Assembly (NCBI GenBank): GCA_026023565.1
Contig: JAPETS010000006.1
Coordinates: forward strand, 496,001-560,000
Reading direction: 5' to 3'
Length of the DNA stretch: 64,000 bases
From: Cirrosporium novae-zelandiae
Taxonomy: Eukaryota
Shown piece after piece: positions 1 through 11,210 of this stretch. Numbering within the stretch: the first letter of the stretch is position 1; each line of letters opens with the position of its first letter. The translations under genes were made by a program, and so were the position numbers. The notes under the pieces were generated by a model. It made no database searches. It had not been told where the DNA came from and worked only from the letters and a program-made list of their open reading frames with translations.

Positions 1-2148
1 AGCGATTATACTTGCTTGAAAACCCTGGACCTCTGAATAGTTTCTATATCGTCTTTGCAGAATATCAACCCCAGTTATGATTTCTCCATCTGGACCATCT
101 ATTAGGAAATGGATTTCTTGACGAGCTGGACGACCACTAGATTCAGTCAATAAACCATCCATATCGGAAACTGGGGCGTGACAGCCCAATGTATGGATCT
201 TTTGACCATCAACCTCAACATTGTATATGAAGTCTATACCATAGAGCTTGTGGGAGTCACGAATCGACACTGTGATCCCAATCAATTTTGAGAGATGTAT
301 ACCTTGTGGGCCACCATATACCACCATGGTCAAGGGCTGGTACCTGAGAGGTGATCTTGGAGGCTCGGAAAAAAAGGTTTCATTCAGGCAGACATTTTTA
401 TAGGGGATGTCCGGAAACCATTGGGCGGCATCCCGGAGGAATGGTTTGGCCTGAGCTTGCGCTCGCCTAGTCTTCAGCGCGCCCGCCATTATCATTTTAT
501 TTTCATCCACCGAACGATTATTTGAGATACCTAGTGATACCATTTTTAAGGCCTGTTTCATTATTAGTATAATCATTCTATTTTGAAAATTATCAACTTA
601 CATCAAACCCAGCTTTTAAAGCTTTGTCACTTGAATGCTTTGCAACTAGTCGCATTATGGGGACCCCCTTAGCATTGCCAATCCATTTCGACATTTCCCC
701 CCTACTTGTTAATAGAGAAATTGCTTGGATTCCTCTTGGGCCGGTAGCTAGATGAAATCCAGAGATAGCACACCACTTTCGATGGTGAAATAGCCCGTCC
801 ATGTCAACCGAGCACTCGTTCTTCGAAACTGTATAGCCAAGGCAAATATCAGGTCCATTATGTTGTTGAAACCGAAGGCCTGAGATATATTGTGCGCTAT
901 TAAACTCAACAAAAGAAACTAATACACCAATAATTTTGTTAGGAATGGCAATAGTCCTTGTCCATAAGGCCCTACAACCTTTGTCCATCTCTTGTTTAAA
1001 GGTTTTGACATTACCATAAGCGAAGGTCCATGACATAGAATCCGCTGGCGCATCTGGTTCAAACGGTGAGTATGAAAAAGATCCATTAAGAGACATGGAT
1101 GATAATTTGAAGAGCAGCTCTTCCAGTTGAAGAAGAATGTCCCAGATCCGTGCTCTGTTTCTCAGGCCATTACTTTGGAGACTTTTAACTCCTAAGTATA
1201 AGGTTTTAAAGCAACATCTTTTGGCAAGGCACTTTCGAGCCTCGAGGATATAATGGAACTCAAACCCTCTTTGAAATCGAGAAGCCCAAAATATGTTGGT
1301 TAGTGGTTCTATGGCAAATATTTTTGATGCTAATTTAAGATTCAAAACATCTTTAGATGGTAGATGGAGCATGATTTCTTGACGGACCTCCATTGGCAGC
1401 ACAGCAAAGCAGTCTGGTGAGTGTGAGATTATGTTGATGTTTTGGGGCACTATTTGACTATCGGCAGGTTTTTTCGGATTCAAGCTCTTATGTATAACTC
1501 TTTGCAGTTCTTTCACATTTAAGGGATCCGCGCAATACATATCACCTTTCAGCTGGTCTTCAGGGGTGAGTTCGAATTCGAATTGTTCAATAAGCTGAGA
1601 GTCCTCTCCGGGAAGGAGATTTTTAAGTTTTGTCTTGTATGTCAGTAGTCCTTCATAGTCATGACCCCAGTTTAGTCGACCTTCCTGCACGGGGCACGAT
1701 CGACAAAAATCGTGAAGAAGTTGCAGATCAACCTCTCCAGGGTGATATAGGGCATGCAGTAAACCCCAACAAGAATCATGGAATGGGAAACCAAAACCAA
1801 ACGCTGGCTCGTCAGAATAAACAGAAGGTTCTGTACTGAGTATGAATGGGAAAAGTATAATACTTTTTAGAAACAGCTGGTCAATATCAGGATTATTGTA
1901 GCGTAAAGCTGGGTCGGTCGGTAATCGATCATCTTCATAACCTCGAACCCCAACTCCAGAAAGTTGGGGATGCACCCAGTCGAGGTCCTTCTGGTATTTT
2001 ATATAGACTATGACGACAAATTTAGCCAATATAGTCGTAAATGAATGGGTTTGGAGGACAAACCAGTACGAAACTCGTTCATCCAGGGTAGGGTGTGTTT
2101 GGTGACTGGCGCGCCACAGATAACGCAACTAGCTCGGTTAGGACTCAT
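1..2148 (-). CDS. F-box domain protein (fungal F-box/DUF7600-like family); 3' end runs off the left edge
   Basis: ATG at 2148 (MSPNRASCVICGAPV..WMNEFR). Intron 2063-2008 (GTTTGT..TAG) joins the 511-aa ORF, which has the F-box motif 'FAVLPMEVRQEIMLHLPSKDVLNLKLASK'. Intron 601-553 (GTAAGT..CAG) leads to an exon (ALKMVSLG..WFPDIP..FLIDGPDGEIIT) open to the window edge. Confidence 0.8.
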
Positions 2149-3175
2149 ATTCAAAATATTCCAAGGGCTGCTTGCAACTTGGATTGATAATTAACATTGG
2201 ATGTTTTAAATATCTGAGATAAAATTCCAAGCTCTTTGAAGGTCTCATTTTATTGAAACAACAAAGAATGTCCAGCCTTTGTTGAATTGGAGATCTGACT
2301 TTGGTGGCTACTGTAGGTTCGCTTAATTTTACAACTTAACGTATATATTACGGTACTTCAAAAACAGGTTTCTTGGCATCCTGACTTAAAGAAAAGACCA
2401 GAAAAAAATAAATGGTCCAAGTTACAATTTGTATCAAAAACTCGAAGCCAATAGTGTCACCTACCAGCTCAAATGTTCCAAATTACGTCGAGAATATGGG
2501 CGTGTTGGATACCATGAATACGATTTCTTCTAGTTACCCAGGTATTTATTTGTATCTATAAGGTGATGCCTTATCCTTATCCGTAGTAGGATATACAAAA
2601 TATCTGTATATAGTCTTTTTGTGCGGCTTCGAAATACAGTCTCAGTGACCAGACGAGCAAATGCTTACGGCAGGGGTCGAGTGAGCGAAGGAAACTGTAG
2701 ACAAAGCGGTGTTGATAATGTTAAAGCTTTATAGGTTTTTTGATGGACACGTGTGATGCTGGAGGTTTATAATGGACAATTGGCCTTTGGGAATACTTTA
2801 CCTTGTCTGTTCTAGTCTGGTTGAGGATGTTTTCAATTAGCCATCTCATCAGAAACATCATTTCAGTCTTTTTCTGCTTGTCTTTTCCAAAGAAGCCTCC
2901 TCCTCCCTCTTCTTCTTTTCGCTCAATATAAGACACTGCGCCTCATATGTTGGTTTATCCAGTCAAAGCTAGCTAGATATTCTCTTAAAACCAGTGGCCC
3001 TTTTCTCCTGTGTTGGTAATTCCCATAAGAGTTTGAGGTTCTCATCGATCATCATTGCACGCTGCCTCAGTGCAAAAGGGCCAAGCAGCGATACCGAAAA
3101 TTCATATGTCAAGTCCAAAAGAAATATTCCGAGCTAAAACAGGACTCCAGAAATAATTCGAGCATAAACGCAACC

Positions 3176-3517
3176 ATGGGAAACAAATGTTATTATCAGG
3201 CGACAGGGAGAAACGCATTAACCACAACCAATCGCTCTACCGGCACCGACATATCTACAGCTTCAGTGTCTTCTGCCAAAGATTCTGCAATAGCTTCCAC
3301 AACAAGAGGCTTCCACAGCATCTCCAAGCCCGAAGTTAAGCACTGGTGTGTATTCTGTGACCGAACCAGTCCGAAGAGATATTTCGACGATCAGGAATCC
3401 AGGTGTCGACGTTATGGCACATTTCCCTTTTTGCGTATCTGCAACTTCTGCCGCCAATCAGCACTCAAGGAATACAACGAGCTGGCTGTGGCTGATGATT
3501 CAGACCTGACTTATTGA
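3176..3517 (+). CDS. small C4 zinc-finger protein (CxxC..F..Q..CxxC, Stc1-like half-domain), tandem copy 1
   Basis: 113-aa ORF with 'CVFCDR..YFDDQ..ICNFCR..EYNELAV' that aligns by eye with ORFs at 5012 and 6039. The true 5' end is uncertain. Confidence 0.55.
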   Translation: MGNKCYYQATGRNALTTTNRSTGTDISTASVSSAKDSAIASTTRGFHSISKPEVKHWCVFCDRTSPKRYFDDQESRCRRYGTFPFLRICNFCRQSALKEYNELAVADDSDLTY

Positions 3518-5011
3518 GTCAAGGTACGGGTTCTCTTAAGGGTCACAACCGAAAACTAAGCTAATAGTAATGGAAATGGACAGGAATATACAAAAGACGG
3601 TTCCATGTGCGAGACATTCAAACAACTGTTCGCTTGTAAGGTTATACAATGTCGTCAATGGCCGAACTAATAACTATCCCAGCATCTTTGCAACTTTCCA
3701 AATTTACGACTGCTGTACTACCTTTCTTGTTTACAGAATGGTCTTGACTTTTCGACCTAAATGAAATCGCAAAAGGAATTAGAGATGGAACCGGCTTCGA
3801 TAGGAGGATCTTTTGTTGGATACGAATTAATCACTTAATATTCACTTCTTGAAGTTTGGGTTTCTAAGTAGGGGATATTTCCTCTAGATTTATAATGGGA
3901 AGGGCGGATTATGGAATAATGTTTCCTTAGGAGGGAGGAGTTAGAGTAAGAGAAGATGAAATGCTGCATGACAATGTCAATTGAAGCTTTGAAGTTTGAT
4001 GCAGCTAACATACTTGGCGTTTCCTTACCGGCAGGTTGGGTTAAGCTTTCTATTAAGCTTAAATTTGTAGATGTTTCTAAAATCTCACGTCAACGATGTA
4101 TTTGAGTGCTGTGTAAGCTAATCGCAAGGTCATGATAGGTATAGTGCTAAGTTAATATCCCAAAACGCTATTGAAGACAAAGAATTCAGCGCCTTTCTAG
4201 CACATATATCTAAAATTTATGACGATAAAGTGGTGAGATATCTTGGTAAACCCCTTTACCTCTTTTATATAAAGACCAAGCGAATAATTTACTTTATACT
4301 AGTAAGGAAATTATGACTTTTCTTCTCCACCTATTTTCCTGATAGTCCTACGATAAGAATAGGGAGCTATCCGATTGAACCGGAACATGGCATGGTGAGA
4401 TGACAAGAGGAGTGTGAAAAAGCCCCTCAAGTATTAGGATAGCTAGACCGGCCACTGCTATGCGATTCGATGAATTTGCGATGCATAGTAATTTGAGAGA
4501 ATGCCTATTGAGGCTGGTTATGGATATAATTGAAAGAGAAGTGATATGGCGAGTTAGCGACTACTAAAGTTCCGAGGTTAACTCCTTTGGATGTGAGATC
4601 CGGATTTGCATATGGGAACGAATATTCCTCGTGAAAGCAGTCATGCTCCCGAAAAGCAACGTGCTATCTTTCCGTGGAACTTCAAAATTTATATTTACTA
4701 TATCCCTTCTGAAATTTCAACTTCCTTAGAGAAGTATTGTCGATAACAAAGCATCACCCCCTAACAGGTAGTTGTCACCGATCGATATTTCCACATCCAC
4801 GAAATTTCTAACTCTGACGAATATCTTTATAGGATATCTCCTACCTATCCAAGCACTTAAAACGCAACCAGCCCTGGACCCACCAACGATAAACCGAACC
4901 CACGATCTCCTGACCGACCGCGCTGAAGTTCCCTCACCAAACAAAATCACTTCCACGTGAAGCCCAAGGTTCTAATCCATCTACATCGATCGGAATTTTC
5001 ACTCTCAAGAA

Positions 5012-5251
5012 ATGCAGAGACTTCTATTTCGGGATCTTCTCTCGAGCTTCCTGATCACAATAATTCAGGGCTGCTTAAAACAATGTTTGCTCTGTGATAG
5101 AATAAAACTACGACAGAGTTTTTCCCAACAGAGAAAGCTATGCAAACAGTTTAAAAAGTCGAAACCTTTCGATATCTGCAACTCCTGTCGTTCTAAAGCA
5201 TATGCAGAGGAGAATGAAGCCGCGGTGTATGAAATGGGGGAGACCAACTAG
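5012..5251 (+). CDS. small C4 zinc-finger protein, tandem copy 2 (possibly frameshifted)
   Basis: 'CLLCDRIKLRQSFSQQRKLCKQFKKSKPFDICNSCRSKAYAEENEAAV' is colinear with copy 1. A different frame just upstream (SRNAETS..LLK) resembles copy 1 'GRNALTT'. Confidence 0.45.
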   Translation: MQRLLFRDLLSSFLITIIQGCLKQCLLCDRIKLRQSFSQQRKLCKQFKKSKPFDICNSCRSKAYAEENEAAVYEMGETN

Positions 5252-5628
5252 ACTCATCTTTTTAGTACAGTGTGCTACCTAAAACTTATTTGATTGGTAA
5301 TATGCATCTGTATGTTTCAGGCACTTATCATAAACCCTATGATCTTACCTACCTAGGTAGATATTTAATCAATACCTTATCATTTCCACGAACCAGAGTG
5401 CCGTAAACTGAGCCTATAGCCGTAGGTAATAGTATTACCTAGGTAACCACTTGCTTGTTTCTCAATCAACTACAAGCTTCAAAAATGTTGCCACAAACGC
5501 ACCCTCCCTAGGCTCTCCTTTATGGTTGTATGCTTTCTTCGTGTATATAAACCCATCCCACCTTTACCAGCCCATTCCTGATTTCACCACCCTCAACATC
5601 CGCTCGTCCCAAGTATTCCAATTCCATC

Positions 5629-6269
5629 ATGTCAGACTCTACGAGCAAAAATCTTCGTAGCGCTAATATTGATACTCTCGACATCAACTCATCCTTAGCA
5701 AGTAACCCTCAACCCCCCACCCCCCCCCCCAAAAGACTCCTTCCTACCTTAAATTTGACATGTTCATCCACATAACAACAAACCCCGTTTCTACTTTCTC
5801 GAACTTCAAATAATGTCAAGCTTTGCTTGACCAACACAACACAGCAGCTAACCACGCCTCAACATCCAAGTAGACACCGAAATCTGAATCCGAGTCTTTT
5901 TCAAATGCGTTCACCACCACAAACTCATCGAGTTCCCAGTTCTCAACAGCAAGTCCTTCCTCTGCCTCTGCTGCTAGCTATTCCGCTCACAATTTCCCTC
6001 GTTTTCTACCAACGCAGCACTCCCTACCCGTTGAAAAGATGGAGAGGGAGGAGAGGACAAATAAGCTCCGCTGCTCACTTTGTGACACTATTAGAGATAA
6101 GGAAGGATTTAAAGAGCACTTGGAAATTACTACTAAGAATGGTACGCGGGAGGCTGGGAAGGACCAGCACATATGCTGTGATCGGTGTCGAAAGAGAATA
6201 TTGGAGGTGGACAATGAAAATGTGATTGAGGATGACGGAATGGTGGAGGTGAGAAATGTTATGATGTGA
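5629..6269 (+). pseudogene. C4 zinc-finger protein, tandem copy 3; probable premature stop in exon 1
   Basis: Exon 5874-6269 follows GCTAAC..TAG and encodes 'NAFTTTNSSSSQFSTASPSSA..CSLCD..F..ICCDRCR..DNE'. The candidate exon 1 (ATG 5629 to a GTCAAG donor at 5815) has an in-frame TAA at 5773. Confidence 0.45.
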
Positions 6270-7347
6270 TTATGGTTGAAGGGGGTTTATTGCTCTTGGA
6301 GGAAAGGTTTGGTTTTTCTAAAATGGATCTGAGAAAGGAGCAAACCGGTTCATGAGTTCGTTTTTCTAGGAGCGGGTAAAGCGGTGGATACGTTTGACGG
6401 CAGAGTATTTGTGATTTATTCCAAGTACATGGTAGCGACGATACCAGTTAGACTTGTTTAGCATTATGAGTAGCGTTCACTATACAGCTTAGATAAGATT
6501 GAAAATGGGTAGTTAGAAACATAAGATATCATCAAGTTATTTTTATATAATTATAATAAGCCAATGAATGCACACTAAAGATTTCAAGGAAGTTAGATAT
6601 ACGATAGAGAAGTAGTAGCATTATTCTTAGAGGGATAAAAGAATATAATATAGTCATTATCTTCGACGAATTATATAAGATGGGATCCGCAATAATTTTG
6701 TTGTTTCTCTCGTCTACAGAGCCTCAGGTGTCGACCTTTTGAGGTTCCTCCTCTCGCCTCCAATAATTAAGATTTTAGTCACCTACCAACAAAGGCGAAC
6801 TACCCTCGGGCTGACACGGCGGCGGGGATATGGGCGCCGAAGGATTCGGGTGACTCAGGTGTCCAAATTAATAAATCCTTAATTAGCTCACCATCAGGTT
6901 TCACATAATTATCATTTGCAGAAGGATTATCAACCCAGCTACGCCAGCCACTCTAGCCAGCTTCATCTTGGCATATGCACAGGCTGCTCATGTCATTATC
7001 GTACGCTATTCATAGTCTGGAAATACAGTTAGATAACTCTTTGATCGCTTTGATCGCTTTGATCGCTTCCGCATTAGCAAACGCCCTCATGGGGGCCAAA
7101 ATGATTCATGACCATATCTTGACCGTCCAGCCTTCTCGTTCATTTGCTACCGACACGATAGGGATAATACCATCCTCTCATTCCTCTCTTCTACTTGATT
7201 CTTGTTTCCTGAAAGTGCCCAGCCTTTTCAATATTTCGAGCTCCCTAGGTCACCTAGGATGCCAACTCTCTAAATTTTCTTCCTATCACTGTCATGTTCC
7301 ATCTGGCCTTTTCTGTTTACCGTTGGCCTGTGCTTATTTGGGGCTAA

Positions 7348-10089
7348 ATGTCGAACTTTGTGCAAAGACTCAGCCGGCGTGCCGGCGCCGGTTATTGGAA
7401 ACTGGGTGGTTCGGAATCAACTGCAGCTGAGGAAACTGATGGCCATGGCCATGAAATGAATTTTTTGTGCGAGCAACGTGCCTATATCCATATGTAACTG
7501 TGAAGACCATGCTAACTTGAAATAGTACAAAAAACCCGACCGCTCCTCAAGATTCAAAACCCTTGCTACCAGATCAGATAACCTCTGCGAAAAATAGAAC
7601 CTTATCAATTCAGGACTTCCGGGCAAGTCGACACTCAGGAAGTAGTTATCAAGAATCCCGGAGTCTCTCGGCCCATTCATCTAAACTGCGTTCAAAATCA
7701 AAACGCCAGAGATATTCGGGATCTCGGGTTGGGACAATAGGCTGCATGATTATGGCTGGACTTGTCCTTATTGTGAATTTTGTGTTGACCATTTGGACCG
7801 TCGCCAAGTTTTCTGTTGATGGTGGTCTCTGCGAAATTTTCGACGGGAATTGCGACGAGGCAAAGGAAACTAGCATGTGGCTACATCTTGGAATCAACGT
7901 GCTAAGCAGTGTCTTGCTTGGTGCGTCGAACTATTGTATGCAGGTTAACTCTGCCCCAACGAGAGTAGAGGTAGACCAAGCACATGCGAAAAGCCAATGG
8001 GTAGATATTGGCGTGCCGAGTGTTAGGAACCTTTGGACGATAGGTAAGCGGCGAGTTATTCTGTGGTGGGCTCTTGGGCTTAGTTCTGTGCCGTTGCATT
8101 TACTGTAAGTCCACACAGCCTATCGAGGTAAACATGATTGCTACAGTAGCTGTCCAGGTGCTCCAGATTAACTTAGTGGGTATCGTCCAAGTTTCTAACG
8201 ATATGCTCGATAGGTACAACTCTGTTGTTTTCGAGGCATTGGCAGCCAATAATTTCGACGTTGTACTTGCTCAAGAGAACTTTCTTCATGGGGGCTGGTG
8301 GAACGAGACGATATCCATATTAGCCTCTGAAAATTCCACATTGAGAGCGATCCAAGAACATTATGTCGCCAACCCAGCAAGTTACACAAATCTAAGTAAC
8401 ATTGATTGTATAAATGCATATAATCAGCCTTTTATGACTAATAGGAGGAACCTCATTCTGATTTCTGCGACTGCTAGTAGCAATGAAAATTACACAAAAA
8501 TAGGGTATGGAAGAATGATGGCCTATATCTCCTACAGTTCTTGCGGCTAACAACACCAGTTCTGTTTTAGATTATTACATTCCGGCCGTAACTGAAATGT
8601 CCCTTCCGACAGAGTGGCTTTGTTTACAACACTCTGAGTGGTATACTGGGTCTGGCTCCTGCGATACCAAAGTTGCTGTCCAACATGCAAGCTCCTGGTC
8701 GTGGGAATATGTATTCACAGCGTATGAAAATGGAGAATACTCTGCTTCTGCCACTATTGACTATTGCATGAGTGAAGTGGTTGAAGGACATTGCAAATTG
8801 TATTTCAACGTGACTGTTATGGCGATTGTACTTTGCTGCAACCTTGCCAAGACTGTGTGCATGTTCCTCACAGTCTACAAGCAGAGCAATGAAATCCTCG
8901 TTACTGTTGGGTTGGTGTTCCCCCTTTGCCCTTTCCCAACTCTCGGGAGACCATCCTCCGATATTAACCAGAAGATTTACTAACTCTTCAACTTAGAGAC
9001 GCCATTGTCTCCTTCCTCGACAACCCGGACCTAACAACCAAGGGCATGTGCTTACTATCAAAAACCGACGTCGACAAAGGTGAATGGAGAAAACGGCAGC
9101 ATGCACCTGACACAACCCCGAAGACCTGGAATCCAGAGAAACCCTTCTGGTACAAAGCCGCCAGTTTAAAGCGGTGGCTAACCTGCATTATCCTGCAAGT
9201 GTTAACCTAACCCCTGTGCCCTATCGATCCCTAATTACTAACACCCCCATAAAGCTGTACCATAGTTCTTTCCATAGCGGGCTTCCTCCTAAGCCTCGGC
9301 CTCGATAACCTCTCCGACACCAGCACCGACACCAGCTTCAGCACACTCTGGAACAACGGCTTCGGGGCTATAAGAGGAAACTCCCTCGTGGATCTAGGGA
9401 ATCAAGTCGCATCTCCATCCCTCGTCATCGGGTACATCCTACTCGCCAACCTCCCGCAGGGCATCCTCTCATTCCTCTATCTCATGTACAACGCCCTCTA
9501 CACAGCCATGCTGCTTGCGCACGAATGGAACGGGTACGCACACTCCAGAAAAACCCTCCGCGTCACCTCCCCCACCGGGAAACAACGCTCCACATACAAT
9601 CTCCAACTGCCATACCTATACGCCTTACCCCTTCTCGCCTGCTCCTCCCTCCTCCACTGGCTCGTCTCCCAATCCATATTCCTAGCCCGCATCTCCATGT
9701 ACGACGACGCTGGCAACGTCGAAGACAACTACGACATCGTGACCTGCGGCTACTCGTGTATCGCCATCATCTGCACCATTTTCGTCGGAAGTATCCTCGT
9801 CATCGCCGTGGTGCTGAACGGCTGTCGCAAATACAGACCGGGCTTGCCCCTCGTGTCTAGCTGTAGCGCCGCCATCAGCGCCGCCTGCCACAATCTCGAT
9901 GGCGATCCTGATGCCGCTTTCCTTCCGGTGAAATGGGGCGTCATGAAACTTGACGATGATAATCACAATAAGGATCGCAACATTACAATCGGCCATTGCA
10001 GTTTCACATCTGATGAAGTAACGATGCCGGTTCCCGGGGAGAAATACGCTGGAATAAGGTCCAGAGCTTTCGGCTTCTCGGGCTTATAG
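7348..10089 (+). CDS. multi-pass membrane protein, DUF6536-type fungal family (6 exons)
   Basis: Exons 7348-7466, 7526-8104, 8214-8504, 8560-8910, 8997-9194 and 9255-10089 splice in frame. Family motifs: 'HLGINVLSSVLLGASNYCMQ..SAPTR.EVD.AH...W.DIG.PS.RN', 'VTVGDAI.SFL', 'LLANLPQ', 'G.QRSTY.LQLPY', 'SAAISAACH'. Confidence 0.85.
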
Positions 10090-10361
10090 ACGAATAGTAG
10101 AATCATAGTGCCTTGTATACAGTATCTAAAACCAGTCAGCTAAAATCATCTTTCTTCAATTTGATCTACCAAAACAAAACACGAAAATATATATACTAAA
10201 TTAATATATTATTGATCGTTCCTTTTCTCTTCTCTTCTCTTCTCTCCTAGCTAGTAGTTTGGCAGATTAGGATAATTAACTCCATGTCCTTGCCAGCTCC
10301 ACATGTAGGACGCTTTTCAAAACCTCGAGATTAAAAAAAGAAAAAAATTTAGGAACCCCCT

Positions 10362-10914
10362 TGTCACGACGCCTAGGGTATAAGCTCTAGGGAGACTGAT
10401 ATCTAGGTGTGACTGTGTGGATGATGTATTGGATGAAGGTCTAAGCTAGGGTGGTGTGTCAGGTGTGTTAGGGGGGGGAACGAATAGATTTATATATATA
10501 TAAAATCATCTAATACTATTTAAATTCTTATTTACTGTATGTAAGTTTAGAGTAATAAGTAATTGTATGTATGAAATCAATAAGTGTGCTTCCAACTGTA
10601 GTAAATGGACATCTTGTGAAGAGGAGAGAGAAAATCTTAGCTCACTGGTTTGAGGGAGAATATTGTATATTTGTCGTTGGTTGGTTGGTTGGTTGCTTGA
10701 TGAGGGTTAGGGGGCTAGTAGAGAGAAAGAGGCCTTTATAGTAACTACTACCTAGGAGCTTAGAGAAGGTGTGGTGCATAAGGCTACACCTTGGGGGTAA
10801 GAATCCTGGATTTAAGGTCCCTAGTGATGGCTGACATAGCTTGGTAGTTTTGAGTTGGAGTTGACTGGACTGCTTGTCGAAGAAAGAGAGAACTAAAAGT
10901 GTGACGTGGTTACA
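10362..10914 (-). mobile_element. probable LTR relic (~550 bp) with adjacent polypurine tract
   Basis: Minus strand reads AGGAAGGGGGTAGTTAT|TGTAACCAC ... GTCGTGACA, giving TG..CA termini with an imperfect inverted repeat. The interior is TA/TAG-rich with no coding frame. No target-site duplication seen. Confidence 0.4.
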
Positions 10915-11210
10915 ATAACTACCCCCTTCCTAGGATGATTATCTATTTTTTTAATTGCTTGTCGTATATATATAGAGAGAGAGATAGACCGATATAAATT
11001 AAAAAATATGTCTATCGGCCCGGGGTATATTGCATCGTTCGGTCAACAACAGCAACACGTCAATACATCAAAATGCATGTAATTGTTATCCCATGCTCAT
11101 CGTACTCATCATATTTCTTGTTTCCCGTCATCATCATCATCATCATCATCGTTAAGGTTGAAAGTGATTTTCATTTCCTATCCCCCCGACCCGCGGTTCA
11201 TCTTCGCCCT

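Noticed and set aside
6975..7430. 151-aa + strand ORF containing a (TTGATCGCT)x3 repeat
   Set aside because: It overlaps the probable 5' UTR and first exon of the DUF6536-type gene in another frame and has no protein-like motifs.
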